From the NCBI GenBank assembly GCA_903936705.1, contig CAIZWN010000083.1:30346-94345 (forward strand): a DNA stretch of 64,000 nucleotides. The letters are read 5' to 3'. Under the pieces are notes generated by a model. The model saw nothing but the letters and a program-made list of their open reading frames with translations. It searched no databases and was not told the DNA's origin. Positions 6,738-16,648 of this stretch are shown here, piece after piece. A program made the translations under genes and the position numbers. Each line of letters opens with the position of its first letter. The first letter of the stretch is position 1. The stretch is from an uncultured Myxococcales bacterium. Its GTDB lineage: Bacteria > Myxococcota_A > UBA9042 > DTJE01.

Positions 6738-7555
6738 TGAATGCCATCATCCGCACCGAGCCCCTGGCCGCACTCCGGCAAGGGCTCCACACGTCCGTGT
6801 CCCAGGTCAAGGCGTTCCAGACCTGCGGGAAGCGCTACGAAATTCAATACGTGCGCGGAGTCCCGCCTTCGCACCGACCCATCGCCCTGTCGTTCGGTTC
6901 CGCTGTACACGCAGCGTTGGAGACGTTCTACGAGCGCCTCCGGGACACCGGGGAGAAGCCCCCGGTCGAGGAACTGCAGGCCGCCTTCGCCGACCGGATG
7001 GACGTCGAGATGGCCGACGCTAGCATCCCGATCCGGTTCGATGACGGCCAGGACGCCGGGACCGTGAAGGGCCAGGGGATCGCGATGCTGGCCAACTATC
7101 ACCAGAAGGGCTTCGTGCCCGACCGGGTCATCGCCGTCGAACAGCCGTTCGCGGTGGACCTCGCTGACCCCGAGACCGGCCAGGTGCTGGACATCCCCCT
7201 GATCGGGGCCATCGACCTGGTGGCCGAGCACCAGGGGCGGGTGGTTCTGGTGGAACACAAGACCGCCGCAAGGCGCTTCGATGCCATCCGCCTGCGGCAT
7301 GACATCCAACCGAGTTCGTACCTGTTCGCGGCGAAGTCGTTGCAGCTCGCCGGCGCAACCACCGCGTTCAACCTGCTCTTGAAGGGGAAGGGGACGCCGA
7401 CGGAGTACATCCCGCTGAGCCGGACGAGGGCCGACGAGATCGAGGCCCTGGAGACGATCACCGCAGTACTCCGAGCGATTGAGTCCCAAATCTTCTTCAG
7501 GACGAGGGGGTGGGCGTGCGGGGATTGTGGGTTCAAGAGGGCGTGCGGAGGATAG
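6737..7555 (+). CDS. PD-(D/E)xK (RecB/Cas4/YqaJ-like) exonuclease with a C-terminal Cys cluster
   Basis: The start overlaps the upstream stop (GTGATGA). D-x(n)-E-x-K-like residues (DLVAEHQGRVVLVEHK) and a C-terminal GWACGDCGFKRAC cluster. Confidence 0.55.
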   Translation: MNAIIRTEPLAALRQGLHTSVSQVKAFQTCGKRYEIQYVRGVPPSHRPIALSFGSAVHAALETFYERLRDTGEKPPVEELQAAFADRMDVEMADASIPIRFDDGQDAGTVKGQGIAMLANYHQKGFVPDRVIAVEQPFAVDLADPETGQVLDIPLIGAIDLVAEHQGRVVLVEHKTAARRFDAIRLRHDIQPSSYLFAAKSLQLAGATTAFNLLLKGKGTPTEYIPLSRTRADEIEALETITAVLRAIESQIFFRTRGWACGDCGFKRACGG

Positions 7556-7679
7556 TCCCTTTTCTTGGCGGTTGGCCTCGGTACAGGACAAGATCCGGGA
7601 AGTGCAGGTCGGCCAGATCCTAGTCGATGCGATTCGGATCGGCCCCTGACCTACTCGTTCTCGGGCGGGACATCGCAGT

Positions 7680-8522
7680 ATGGCCATGGACAGGAAAAGG
7701 CTGGCAAGAGAGCCTAGACCGAAGACTAGACGCGAGGAACGGCCCCTTGAGGATCCCGAACTGAAGGCGTTGCTTCAAGCACTTCACGTCGACCGCCCGC
7801 TCATCTACCGGATCGTCTGGTTGGAGGACTGGGCACAGCAAGTGGAACTGGCGAAGACTGCGATCTACAAGCAGACCCCGGGCTCAAAGATGTTCTTCGA
7901 CGCAGGCGCACACTACCTCCGGCTGGTCGCTCTGCTAGCCGAGTTCAACGCAGTGCGCGAACCACAGGTCCCCTTCCCCGACCCCTTCCCCGCCGACCCG
8001 GTGCAATGGCACCGGGGGCCTGTGCTCCCCACGATACCTAAGATGCAGCCAGAACAGCCTGGCGCTCCCCGTCACCGAAACCCGGAAACCGTCATCGCTA
8101 GGCTGGCCTCCCGGTACTTGAGGAATGGCGAATACCCGGACAGTCAGTATCCGGTCGATCGACCGGATCTACCAGTTCCCCAGCCCCGGTGGACCCTGAG
8201 CGAGGCCAAAGCCGCCCTGGAGGCTTGCGGATGGTCTCCGCATGCGGCGGACCAAGCCAAACTCAAAGAAAATCGGGGTCACCGGGGCCTTCAGGGAAGG
8301 ACCGTTGAACGCCGGCGGTATCCAGGCGCCAAGGACTTCATCACGGTCATCAAGCACCTCTTCGGGCAACCTCCGACACTGTTCTCGACACTCTCGGCAA
8401 TCGCCACGTTGCCGCAAGATCCAGGATCATGGCCCCCCGTCGTCGGGTTTGAGGGTGACGCCTTCACGGCTGCAGTGCGTAGCGCCCTTCGCATATCCGA
8501 AAGAGTCAGTACCGAAAAGTAG
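7680..8522 (+). CDS. Hypothetical protein, 280 aa, in a lower-GC segment
   Basis: Long ORF with about 58% GC and no recognisable motif. Confidence 0.35.
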   Translation: MAMDRKRLAREPRPKTRREERPLEDPELKALLQALHVDRPLIYRIVWLEDWAQQVELAKTAIYKQTPGSKMFFDAGAHYLRLVALLAEFNAVREPQVPFPDPFPADPVQWHRGPVLPTIPKMQPEQPGAPRHRNPETVIARLASRYLRNGEYPDSQYPVDRPDLPVPQPRWTLSEAKAALEACGWSPHAADQAKLKENRGHRGLQGRTVERRRYPGAKDFITVIKHLFGQPPTLFSTLSAIATLPQDPGSWPPVVGFEGDAFTAAVRSALRISERVSTEK

Positions 8523-8577
8523 GCTTCAATCCAGCCGCCCCCGGACGTGACCAACCTAAGCGTGTTCGACTGATTTC

Positions 8578-8608
8578 GGTTGATTTTGGGGCCCGTCCAA
8601 AATCAACC
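8578..8608. repeat. Inverted repeat GGTTGATTTTGG-N7-CCAAAATCAACC, with a third AAATCAAC copy at 8632-8639, in the AT-rich region upstream of xis
   Basis: Perfect 12-bp arms. The local GC is about 45%, the lowest in the island. Candidate Int/Xis arm-type or operator sites. Confidence 0.45.
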
Positions 8609-8745
8609 GTTGAGTTGCGACAAGCGCGTAAATCAACTATTTGCCCTGCGATTTCCATATGTTAAATGAATACCAGGCTGGTGCGAGACCGACCGTGGCG
8701 ACAGGAGCGAAAACAGGGGGGCAGAAGAAGGGCGGTCGCACGACC

Positions 8746-9190
8746 ATGCCCGGACAGCAGCCCAATGACCTCGAGAACATTGTGGTTCAGACCCATGCAG
8801 ATTGCAATGCGACGGAGATCTCGGATGCGGTGGAACACGTCGACCAGGTGGACCGTGTCGGTCTGGAAATCGGCCCCTCCATGTTTCCCGGACAGGGCGA
8901 CTCAACGGTGCGGGTTGAGGCCCACACGCTGCTCGACGGTTCCACGAAGGGGAAGACCGGCCTTGTTGGCCGGGACGCTTTTCTGAAGGCTGCCAAGTAC
9001 CGCGAGGACGAGACACCCTACCTGACCACGGCGGAGGCCGCTGTCTATCTCCGGTACAAGACCCCCGCGGGGGTGCGGATGCTCAAGTTTCGAAATCTCC
9101 TCAAGCCGGTTGGCAGGCGCGGCACTACGGACATCTACTTGCGGTCAGATCTCGACACCTTCCTCGGTGTCGGCAAGGAGCTTGGACATG
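8746..9190 (+). CDS. xis: Excisionase/AlpA-family HTH protein. The end is uncertain: the reading frame stays open to 9462 and overlaps int in another frame.
   Basis: Motif LTTAEAAVYLRYKTPAGVRMLKFRNLLKPVGRRGTTDIYLRSDLDTFL is an excisionase-type HTH, and the gene lies directly upstream of the integrase. Confidence 0.5.
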
Positions 9191-10507
9191 GGAAAGCCGA
9201 AGATGACTCCCACGGGGCACCGCGGGATCTACCAGGTGCCGGGCGGGTTCCTGCTCCGTCCCCGGGTAACGGATCCGCGTACCGGAAAGGAAGTGGAACG
9301 CGCCCGGACCATCAAGGGCGTCGGGCTGAAGACGGCGAAGGCCGAGTTCGCGCACCTTCGCCAGGAGATGCAGGAGGAGCTCAGGCGGGGCGGCCTGCAG
9401 AAAGAGAGCCGGGAGACCGTTTCGGACTACGCGCTGTCCTGGTACGAGCGCGGCCTGCCTAACTGGGCGCAGTCGACACGGGAGCGCTATCTGGTGGCGC
9501 TGGAGCAGCACATCCTGCCGTCGCTGGGAAGCATTCCGCTTCGTGATGTGCGACGCGGGGACGTTGAGGACTGGCGAGTCGAGATGACCCGGAAGGTGAA
9601 CCCGAAGAATGGTAAGGCCTACGACAACACGACCATCAATGGCTGGCTTCGCGTCCTGATCCACATGCTCAAGGACGCGGTGGCTGGCGGCCTCACCGAA
9701 CAGGACCCGACGTTGCGGATCAAGGCGCTGCCGGAGGTCAGCGGGTCGCTCGACCCCTCCGGCAGCCAGGAAGATGGCGCCTACGACGCGGACCGGAAGA
9801 GCCTGTCCTGGAAGGAGATGGATGTCTTCCTGGCGAAGATGAAGGAACTCTATCCCCAGTTCTACCCGCTGGTTAAGTTCGGCATGGCATCTGGTCTTCG
9901 CTGGGGTGAACTTTCGGCGTTGATGTGGGGCGACAAGCTCAGCCTGGTCGGGGAGGGCGGCCGGGAGGTTCACTTCATCAGTGTCGTCAGATCCCAGTAC
10001 AAGGGGGAGCTCAAGGGCCCGAAGACGCCGAAGAGCGTTCGGACGATCCCGCTGATCCCTCTGGCGATGGCTGCGCTGGAGGAGCAGAAGGAGACCCTGG
10101 TGAGGACCGGCAGACCGGTGGGACCCAAGGACTGGATCTTCCCGTCCACGAGGGGGACCTGTCGGCGTGGGTCGATCCTGACGAAGCCGATTCGGAAGGT
10201 TCTCGAGAAAATGGGTCTCGACCGGCGGTTCACGCCCCACGGGATGAGGCACACGTTCAACGACCTGGTTCGGCGCACGGCCCAGGACGGGGTGCTGGTC
10301 CGGAACATGACCGGTCACACGGACGCGCGGATGACCGACAAATACAGCTTCCCCGACCTGCTCGAGAAGAACGCTGCCGTTCACCGAGCCTTCGAACAGC
10401 CGAAGCCCAATCCAGGGGACAGCCGGCCAGAAAAGGAATCATCGGGGGTCAGGGAGCCGCAGGAGGAAACGGGGGACCAAACGGGGTACCGGCAGAAAGC
10501 GGCGTGA
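9187..10507 (+). CDS. int: Tyrosine-type site-specific integrase
   Basis: N-terminal SAM-like core-binding domain, catalytic-region HGMRHTF, and C-terminal GHTDARMTDKYS containing the nucleophilic Tyr. The gene lies next to the tRNA 3' end. Confidence 0.8.
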
Positions 10508-10557
10508 ATTGGCTACGAGTTGTTCTTTGAAAACTGAATAAAGTACGAACAGTTACT

Positions 10558-10632
<75 letters not shown>

Positions 10633-10757
10633 AGATTTTCAAGCTGGGCAACCGGTGGCTGCCCTGAAATGACGGGGGAAGGTTACCGAGGGTCGTTTTT
10701 GCTGTCAAGCGGAAATTGGCGCCAGCCTGCGGTTGCGGACGAATATTTGCAACTGGG

Positions 10758-11939
10758 CTACGATGGCAGCGTTCGTACCCGGATATTCGTGCCTGCCGGC
10801 AGGAAGTCCGTGCCGGCTGGCACCAGGGTCAATCCATCGGCACGCGCAAGTGCCACGAAGTCTGCCGAGCCGTGGTAGTCGATGGTCTGGGCGCTTCCAT
10901 CAGCGTCGATCCTGACCGGAATCCATTCGTCGCGGTCCAGGCTGCGGCGCCGGACGTCACGTGCCAGTGGCGCCATGGTCCAGCGCGGCATGAACGTGTG
11001 GCCAGCCATCGCAAGCAGGAACGGTTTGACCAGGATCTCGAACACCACGTAAGTGGAAACTGGGTTACCCGGCAGACCGAAGACTGCCAGGTCGTCGCGG
11101 ATGCCGAACGTCGTCGGCTTGCCGGGCTTGATCGCGATGCCGTCGAACAGCGTTTTGACCCCCTCGTGCATCAGCATTTCAGGGACCCGATCGAAGTCGC
11201 CCTTCGACACGCCACCCGACAGGATTACCACGTCGCTTGTGGCTGCCGCCTCGCCAAACCGGCGTCGAAGACCCTCAAGATCGTCGCGGGCAATACCGCA
11301 GTACGTCGCCACCCCACCAGCCTGCGTGACCTGGGCCGCAAGTTGCCAGCCGTTCGAGTTGCGAATCTGGGACGGCCCTGGCTTTACCCAGGGTTCTACC
11401 AGTTCGTCGCCTGTTGCAAGGATCGCCACTCTGGGTCGCACGGTCACCAGCGGCCTGGCCACTCCCACCGCAGCCAATACCGCTATGTGCCGCGGATCCA
11501 GTCGCGTTCCTGCATTCAGGACAATCTCCCCGGCCCTTACGTCCTCGGCGCGGCGGCACAGGTTCGACCGTGTCATCGTTCCGGAAAAGCGGACGGTTTT
11601 ATCCGCCATGGTCTCGGACTGTTCGATCATGAAGATCGTGTCGGCGCCTTCGGGGACGCATGCTCCCGTCATGATTCGCGCGCACTGGCCAGGACCTATC
11701 CGGCAGGTCGGCATGGTCCCGGCTGGCAGCGTCTCGACGACCGTAAGCGCCTGGCCCAGGTCCTCGGCGCGGCACGCGAACCCGTCCATCGAAGCCTTGT
11801 CGAAGGGCGGGAAGTCCAGGTCGGAAGGGACATCCCGGGCCAGCACGCGGCCCGCGGCATCGCCCAGCACGCATTCCTCTTCCCCGGTGCGGTAGGTATG
11901 TTCGAAAACGATCCTTTCAGCATCGGCTAGCCGAATCAT
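10758..11939 (-). CDS. moeA: Molybdopterin molybdotransferase MoeA
   Basis: The MoeA N- and C-terminal domains can be recognised (GGVSKGDFD...). It is the last gene of the operon with AOR and moaD. Confidence 0.7.
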   Translation of the reverse strand: MIRLADAERIVFEHTYRTGEEECVLGDAAGRVLARDVPSDLDFPPFDKASMDGFACRAEDLGQALTVVETLPAGTMPTCRIGPGQCARIMTGACVPEGADTIFMIEQSETMADKTVRFSGTMTRSNLCRRAEDVRAGEIVLNAGTRLDPRHIAVLAAVGVARPLVTVRPRVAILATGDELVEPWVKPGPSQIRNSNGWQLAAQVTQAGGVATYCGIARDDLEGLRRRFGEAAATSDVVILSGGVSKGDFDRVPEMLMHEGVKTLFDGIAIKPGKPTTFGIRDDLAVFGLPGNPVSTYVVFEILVKPFLLAMAGHTFMPRWTMAPLARDVRRRSLDRDEWIPVRIDADGSAQTIDYHGSADFVALARADGLTLVPAGTDFLPAGTNIRVRTLPS

Positions 11940-12154
11940 GTTGCAGTACCAGATGCGGCGTCGGCTGGCGCGTCATTTGCCTGCGAGGGCTGTTCGACAA
12001 TCACTCCCAGCGGGCACACGGGTACGCAGGCCCCGCAGGACGTGCACCGCTCGGGGATGATGCGGTTGATGACCTTGCCCATCTCGATCGCATTCAGAGC
12101 GCACTCGACTATGCAGAAGCCGCACCTGTCACATTTGTCGAGGATCACGAACAT
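11936..12154 (-). CDS. 2x[4Fe-4S] ferredoxin
   Basis: Two CxxCxxCxxxCP motifs in 72 aa, with a 4-nt overlap onto moeA. Confidence 0.65.
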   Translation of the reverse strand: MFVILDKCDRCGFCIVECALNAIEMGKVINRIIPERCTSCGACVPVCPLGVIVEQPSQANDAPADAASGTAT

Positions 12155-12157
12155 CGG

Positions 12158-12406
12158 TCACCCCCCGGCCATCGGCGGCATAAGGACAACCAAGTCCCCG
12201 TCTGCCAGCTTGGTTCCCTTGCCCTTGAGGAACGCAACGTTGGTGCCGTTCACGAGGATCTTGCAGGTCTTCACCTGGGCGTCGAACGGCGCGCCGAACT
12301 GGTTCGACAGCGCCGAAAGCAGTTTTCCGACCGTTTCAACGTCGATCTCGGTTTCCTGAACACCGACAGCCCGCCCCAGGTGCGTCAGCAATTTCACCTT
12401 GATCAC
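12158..12406 (-). CDS. moaD: MoaD/ThiS-family sulfur carrier with a C-terminal Gly-Gly
   Basis: 82-aa beta-grasp-sized protein ending ...MPPMAGG. Confidence 0.6.
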   Translation of the reverse strand: MIKVKLLTHLGRAVGVQETEIDVETVGKLLSALSNQFGAPFDAQVKTCKILVNGTNVAFLKGKGTKLADGDLVVLMPPMAGG

Positions 12407-14964
12407 AAGTCACCTCCTGCAGTCGGCCGGGCCGCAGGCGACGGCGCCACCGCTCGGGCCTCGGTCACGATGGCCGCCCACTTCGGCGGGCAGACTTCCT
12501 TGCAGCGCCCGCAGGCCACGCATAGATCGTCGTCGATCCAGGCCAGTTCCTTTTTCTGCCAGGTGATTGCGGTTACCGGGCACTTCTTGAAGCAGATGCC
12601 GCAGCGCTCGCACTTTTCGTCAATGACACGGTAGGCGATCCCGGACCTGTCCAGTTCGGCGCTGGTCCGATCAAGGACGACCGCGTCGTAGTGCGGCGGG
12701 CAGGCGATCCAGCACTTGCCGCAGCGGATGCATTTTTCCTGCACGATGGCGGCCTTTGACCCCTCGGCCCACACGATCGCATCGACCGGGCATGCCTTGA
12801 AGCACAAGCCGCACTGCTGGCATCTGTCCTGGTCGACCTTGAACGTCGACTGCCTGATTCGAATCGCCTGGTCGATTGCTCGCTGGCGGTTGAAGGCTGC
12901 CTTCAGTGCCTCGCGAGTCCCTTCGGCCTGCTGCGCCCACTGGCGGGCCGAAGCCAGGACGTCCTTCAGCACCAGCGCTTCGTTGGCGAACAGGGCGGTC
13001 CGCCGCGGCTTGAACACCAGGGAGTCCGCGTTCAGCGCATCGACGACCGACCCGGCGTAGGGCATGCCCAGCTTCTCGACCAGTCGCGGCCTTGGAACGC
13101 CGAATTCGTCCCAGTCGCGGACCTCGTAGTAGACGGGCAGCATCTCCTTCAAGGGCACAACCGAGTCCGCGCGGTCCTTGCGCTGGGGCTCGTCCGTCAG
13201 GCGCTTGGGCAGCGAGTCGTCCTCGGCGGTCAGACCCTCGCGCAGGTTGAACAGGCGTTCCAGGGTAAAGCCGCGTTCGCCGACGGCGGTGAAGGACCCC
13301 AGGCGGATCTTCATTCCAGTCAGCGTTTCTATGGCCTTCGTGTGCGGGATCAGCGGCAGGTGGAACGACAGGCTCTTCGGGGACATGCGTCCCTGGCCGC
13401 CCAGCAGGCAGCGCGACATCTTCAAGACCTCGCCGAAGATCCGCGCTCCAGTGCCGTGGGGATTCGCCGCCCAGGCCGGCATGTCGGGCAGAATCGCGTA
13501 GGTCGGGAAGATACATCCCCCGGATGCCGCGACCGCCTCGAAGGTGTTCTGCTGGAAGATCGCCAAAGCCGGCTTGGCCAGCGGGGTTTGTGGGTCGATG
13601 TTCACCGGGCCCAGCGCCTCGAAAAATATCAGATAGCCGCCATTGATGTGGCAGCCGCCGCGGTTTGATGTCGCATATCCCAGCCCGTGCCCCACCGCGC
13701 CGCGCGGCTCGTACGCCGCGAACTCCATGCCTTTGGAGTGCATGGCGACCTCGGGAGCGCCGTACCGCGCCGTCATGCGCATCGACCCCTCGGCCATCAC
13801 ATCGCCAATCCCTCGCCGCCATGCGATATCGTGCAGCAGCTGATCCATTGCCTGGCTGTCGCCGAACGACACTGGCAGATCGGGCATCAGTCCCCGTTCC
13901 TTCAGTTCCATCGCAGCGGCAATCGTGGAACCCAGGCTGATGGTGTCCATGCCCAGCAGGTCGCAAAGCCGGTTCCAGTCATAGATGCGCCTGAGGTCGC
14001 GGTTCTCGATGTTCGAGCCGAACATCCCTACCGTCTCGAACTCGGGGCCCTTCATGTGCCTGCTGGCGTGTTCGACCATGCGCCCGCAACGAATCGGGCA
14101 TGATGTGCACCCGTCGTTCATGACCAGATCCCGTTCCGCCATCAGTTCGCCGCTGATCTCGGGGGCGTGTTCCCAGTTGCCCCGCTGGAAGTTGTGCGTT
14201 GGCAGCGTGTTCGTGGCGTTCGTGCCGGTGACCATCGCGGCGGTGCCATAGCTGGGCAGCTGCCGTCCAGTTAGCGAATGCTTCTGAAGTGTCCCAATCC
14301 ACTTCCGGATGGACTTCTCGAAACCCTTGGAATCGTGAAACCGCATGCGCAGAGCGCCTGTGGCGGTGATTACCTTCAGGTTTTTGGAACCCATGATCGC
14401 GCCCACGCCGCCCCGTCCCAGGACGCGTTCGCCGGACAGGATCGCCGCGTATCTGACCAGGTTTTCACCGGCGGGGCCGATTACCACATGGCCGACGTTC
14501 TTCGGGAGTTCGTGCTGAACCTGTTCGGTATCCAAACCCCACAGGTGCCGTGCGTCGAGGAACCTGACCCCGTATTCGTCGATCTCCAGCCAGGCTGGCT
14601 TGTCGGCACGGCCGCGCACGATCAGACCGTCGTACCCGGCACGCTTGAGGTGCAATCCGAAATCCCCACCGCAGTTCGACGATATGATCCCGCCGGTCAG
14701 GACGTTCTTGGACGAACAGTTGAAGCGGCTTGCTGCAGGCGCGCCACTGCCGGTCAGTGGACCCGTCGTGAAAACCATCACGTTGGCAGGCGACAGGGGG
14801 TCTATGCCAGGCTCGATCAGGTCCCACAAGATACGGGCAGCCAGCGCCTTGCCTCCAATGAACTTTTCGAAGGCGTCTTCGGGTATCGGGTACAGACACC
14901 AGGTGCGTGTCCCGAGATCGACGTCGAGGATCCTGCCAGCATAGCCTGCAAACCGGGTTGCCAT
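12403..14964 (-). CDS. aor: Tungsten-containing aldehyde:ferredoxin oxidoreductase fused to a C-terminal polyferredoxin (4 Fe-S motifs)
   Basis: N-terminus MATRFAGYAGRILDVDL is typical of the AOR family. The C-terminal about 200 aa carry four CxxCxxCxxxCP clusters. RBS GGAGG precedes the ATG at 14962-14964. The ORF extends to 15018 but its first 18 codons lack homology. Confidence 0.7.
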   Translation of the reverse strand: MATRFAGYAGRILDVDLGTRTWCLYPIPEDAFEKFIGGKALAARILWDLIEPGIDPLSPANVMVFTTGPLTGSGAPAASRFNCSSKNVLTGGIISSNCGGDFGLHLKRAGYDGLIVRGRADKPAWLEIDEYGVRFLDARHLWGLDTEQVQHELPKNVGHVVIGPAGENLVRYAAILSGERVLGRGGVGAIMGSKNLKVITATGALRMRFHDSKGFEKSIRKWIGTLQKHSLTGRQLPSYGTAAMVTGTNATNTLPTHNFQRGNWEHAPEISGELMAERDLVMNDGCTSCPIRCGRMVEHASRHMKGPEFETVGMFGSNIENRDLRRIYDWNRLCDLLGMDTISLGSTIAAAMELKERGLMPDLPVSFGDSQAMDQLLHDIAWRRGIGDVMAEGSMRMTARYGAPEVAMHSKGMEFAAYEPRGAVGHGLGYATSNRGGCHINGGYLIFFEALGPVNIDPQTPLAKPALAIFQQNTFEAVAASGGCIFPTYAILPDMPAWAANPHGTGARIFGEVLKMSRCLLGGQGRMSPKSLSFHLPLIPHTKAIETLTGMKIRLGSFTAVGERGFTLERLFNLREGLTAEDDSLPKRLTDEPQRKDRADSVVPLKEMLPVYYEVRDWDEFGVPRPRLVEKLGMPYAGSVVDALNADSLVFKPRRTALFANEALVLKDVLASARQWAQQAEGTREALKAAFNRQRAIDQAIRIRQSTFKVDQDRCQQCGLCFKACPVDAIVWAEGSKAAIVQEKCIRCGKCWIACPPHYDAVVLDRTSAELDRSGIAYRVIDEKCERCGICFKKCPVTAITWQKKELAWIDDDLCVACGRCKEVCPPKWAAIVTEARAVAPSPAARPTAGGDL

Positions 14965-15121
14965 GGGACCTCCAGAACCTTGTCGCGGCCGGATGATACT
15001 ACATTCAACTCGGGTCAATCCATCGGGTTTGCCGTCCCGGAACAGGGATTCACGCTGTTGACGTCGGAAGCCGGAAGGGCTAGGAAGTCCTTACAGGCCA
15101 CGATTGCGAATCGGAGGGTGC

Positions 15122-16648
15122 ATGCCGGAAACGCGCCGATGGGAGAACACCTCGTCAGTCAAGACTTCTCGTGCCTTGACGGACATCATGCGGCGCCTGC
15201 CACGGATCTGGCTGGACCGCTTTGCCGCCCGCAGACTTGCCCCACAGCTTCCAATCCTGGCGGGCGATATCCCCCTGCCCGACCCGGGGATGCTGGAATC
15301 CTGGATTCGGGACCTCTGCCAGACGCCTCATCGCCGCCCGGGGACGCCCCAGGGGCAGCGTGCCGAGGATTGGGTGGCCCAACGCTTCCGGGAAATCGGC
15401 CTGGAGGATGTCAGGCTGGATCCGATTCCGATCCCGGTCTGGACCGCTGACCGGGGCGAGTTGATCGTTGCCGGGCGGGCCGTGCCCTGCTTCCCGGTGG
15501 TTCACACGGCCTTCACGCCGTCCGGCGGGCTGCGTGCCCCCCTGGTCTGGGTGGGAACGGGGACGTCGCGAGATTTTGAACGCGTGGATGTGAAGGGAAG
15601 GATCGCCGTTGCGGACGTGCCGTTCCCCAGGATGCCCACTGGCCTGATGATGCGTGCCATGAAGGCCTGCTATCACGTGTCCGATCCCGACGGCCAGATC
15701 TCGCTGACCACGTCTCAGTACCTGAATTTCGTGCGCCAGAACTTCATCGGGGGAGCAACCTCGCCCGAGGAGGCCCCAGCCACCGACGTTTTCTGGCAGG
15801 CGGTTCGTCGCGGCGCGCTGGGCGTGTGCCTGATCCTCCGCGACCAGCCTGGCAATTCCAACACCCACTACGGCCCCTACGACGGGATCCTGAAGCCCGT
15901 TCCGGCCATGTGGATCGGACGCGAGGACGGGATTGTTCTGCAGCGGCAGGCGCGTGCCGGAGCCCTGGCTACGTTGACCCTGGAGGGAAGCATCCAGCCC
16001 GGGACGATGCGCAACGTCTGGGGCGTGCTGCCTGGGCAGTCGGACGAGGTGATCCTGGTTACATCGCACCACGACAGCCCGTTCAAGGGCGCGGTCGAGG
16101 ACGGGGCCGGCGTTGCCCAGGTGCTGGCCCAGGCCTGGGCCTGGTCGCGGGTGCCCCGGGAACGCAGACCGAGGACCATGGTGTTCGTGGCTGACGCCGG
16201 TCATTTTCACGGGTCGCTGGGTGCCCACGGTTTTGCCAGGTCGCACCCCGACCTGATGAAGCGGGCGCGCATCCTGATCACCCTGGAACATCTGGGGGGC
16301 AAGGAGGTGGTCGGTACCAACCAGGGATATGCAGAAACGGGGCGCCCGGCGCTGACGGTGATGTTCACGTCCCGGGAACCGACGACGATAGCGTCGGTCG
16401 TCCGGGCGCTGACAGCATTTCCGCCCCGGCGCACCGCCGCGATCCCATCAGACCTTCTGGCGCCAGTGCCCACCTCGGATGCGTCGGGATACGTGGCTGA
16501 ATCGGGCGTGCCGGTCATCTCGTGGATCGGTTGTCCGTATTATCTGCTGGACGAATACGACACCCTGGACCGGGTCGATTTTGCCGATCTGGTGCCCATC
16601 GCCCGCACTGTTACCGAACTGGTGCGAATCCACATGGCTTTGCCCTGA
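15122..16648 (+). CDS. M28-family peptidase-like protein with a PA domain
   Basis: Weak similarity to M28/transferrin-receptor-like peptidases (HHDSPFKGAVEDGAG, DAGHFHG). Divergent from the AOR promoter. Confidence 0.4.
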   Translation: MPETRRWENTSSVKTSRALTDIMRRLPRIWLDRFAARRLAPQLPILAGDIPLPDPGMLESWIRDLCQTPHRRPGTPQGQRAEDWVAQRFREIGLEDVRLDPIPIPVWTADRGELIVAGRAVPCFPVVHTAFTPSGGLRAPLVWVGTGTSRDFERVDVKGRIAVADVPFPRMPTGLMMRAMKACYHVSDPDGQISLTTSQYLNFVRQNFIGGATSPEEAPATDVFWQAVRRGALGVCLILRDQPGNSNTHYGPYDGILKPVPAMWIGREDGIVLQRQARAGALATLTLEGSIQPGTMRNVWGVLPGQSDEVILVTSHHDSPFKGAVEDGAGVAQVLAQAWAWSRVPRERRPRTMVFVADAGHFHGSLGAHGFARSHPDLMKRARILITLEHLGGKEVVGTNQGYAETGRPALTVMFTSREPTTIASVVRALTAFPPRRTAAIPSDLLAPVPTSDASGYVAESGVPVISWIGCPYYLLDEYDTLDRVDFADLVPIARTVTELVRIHMALP

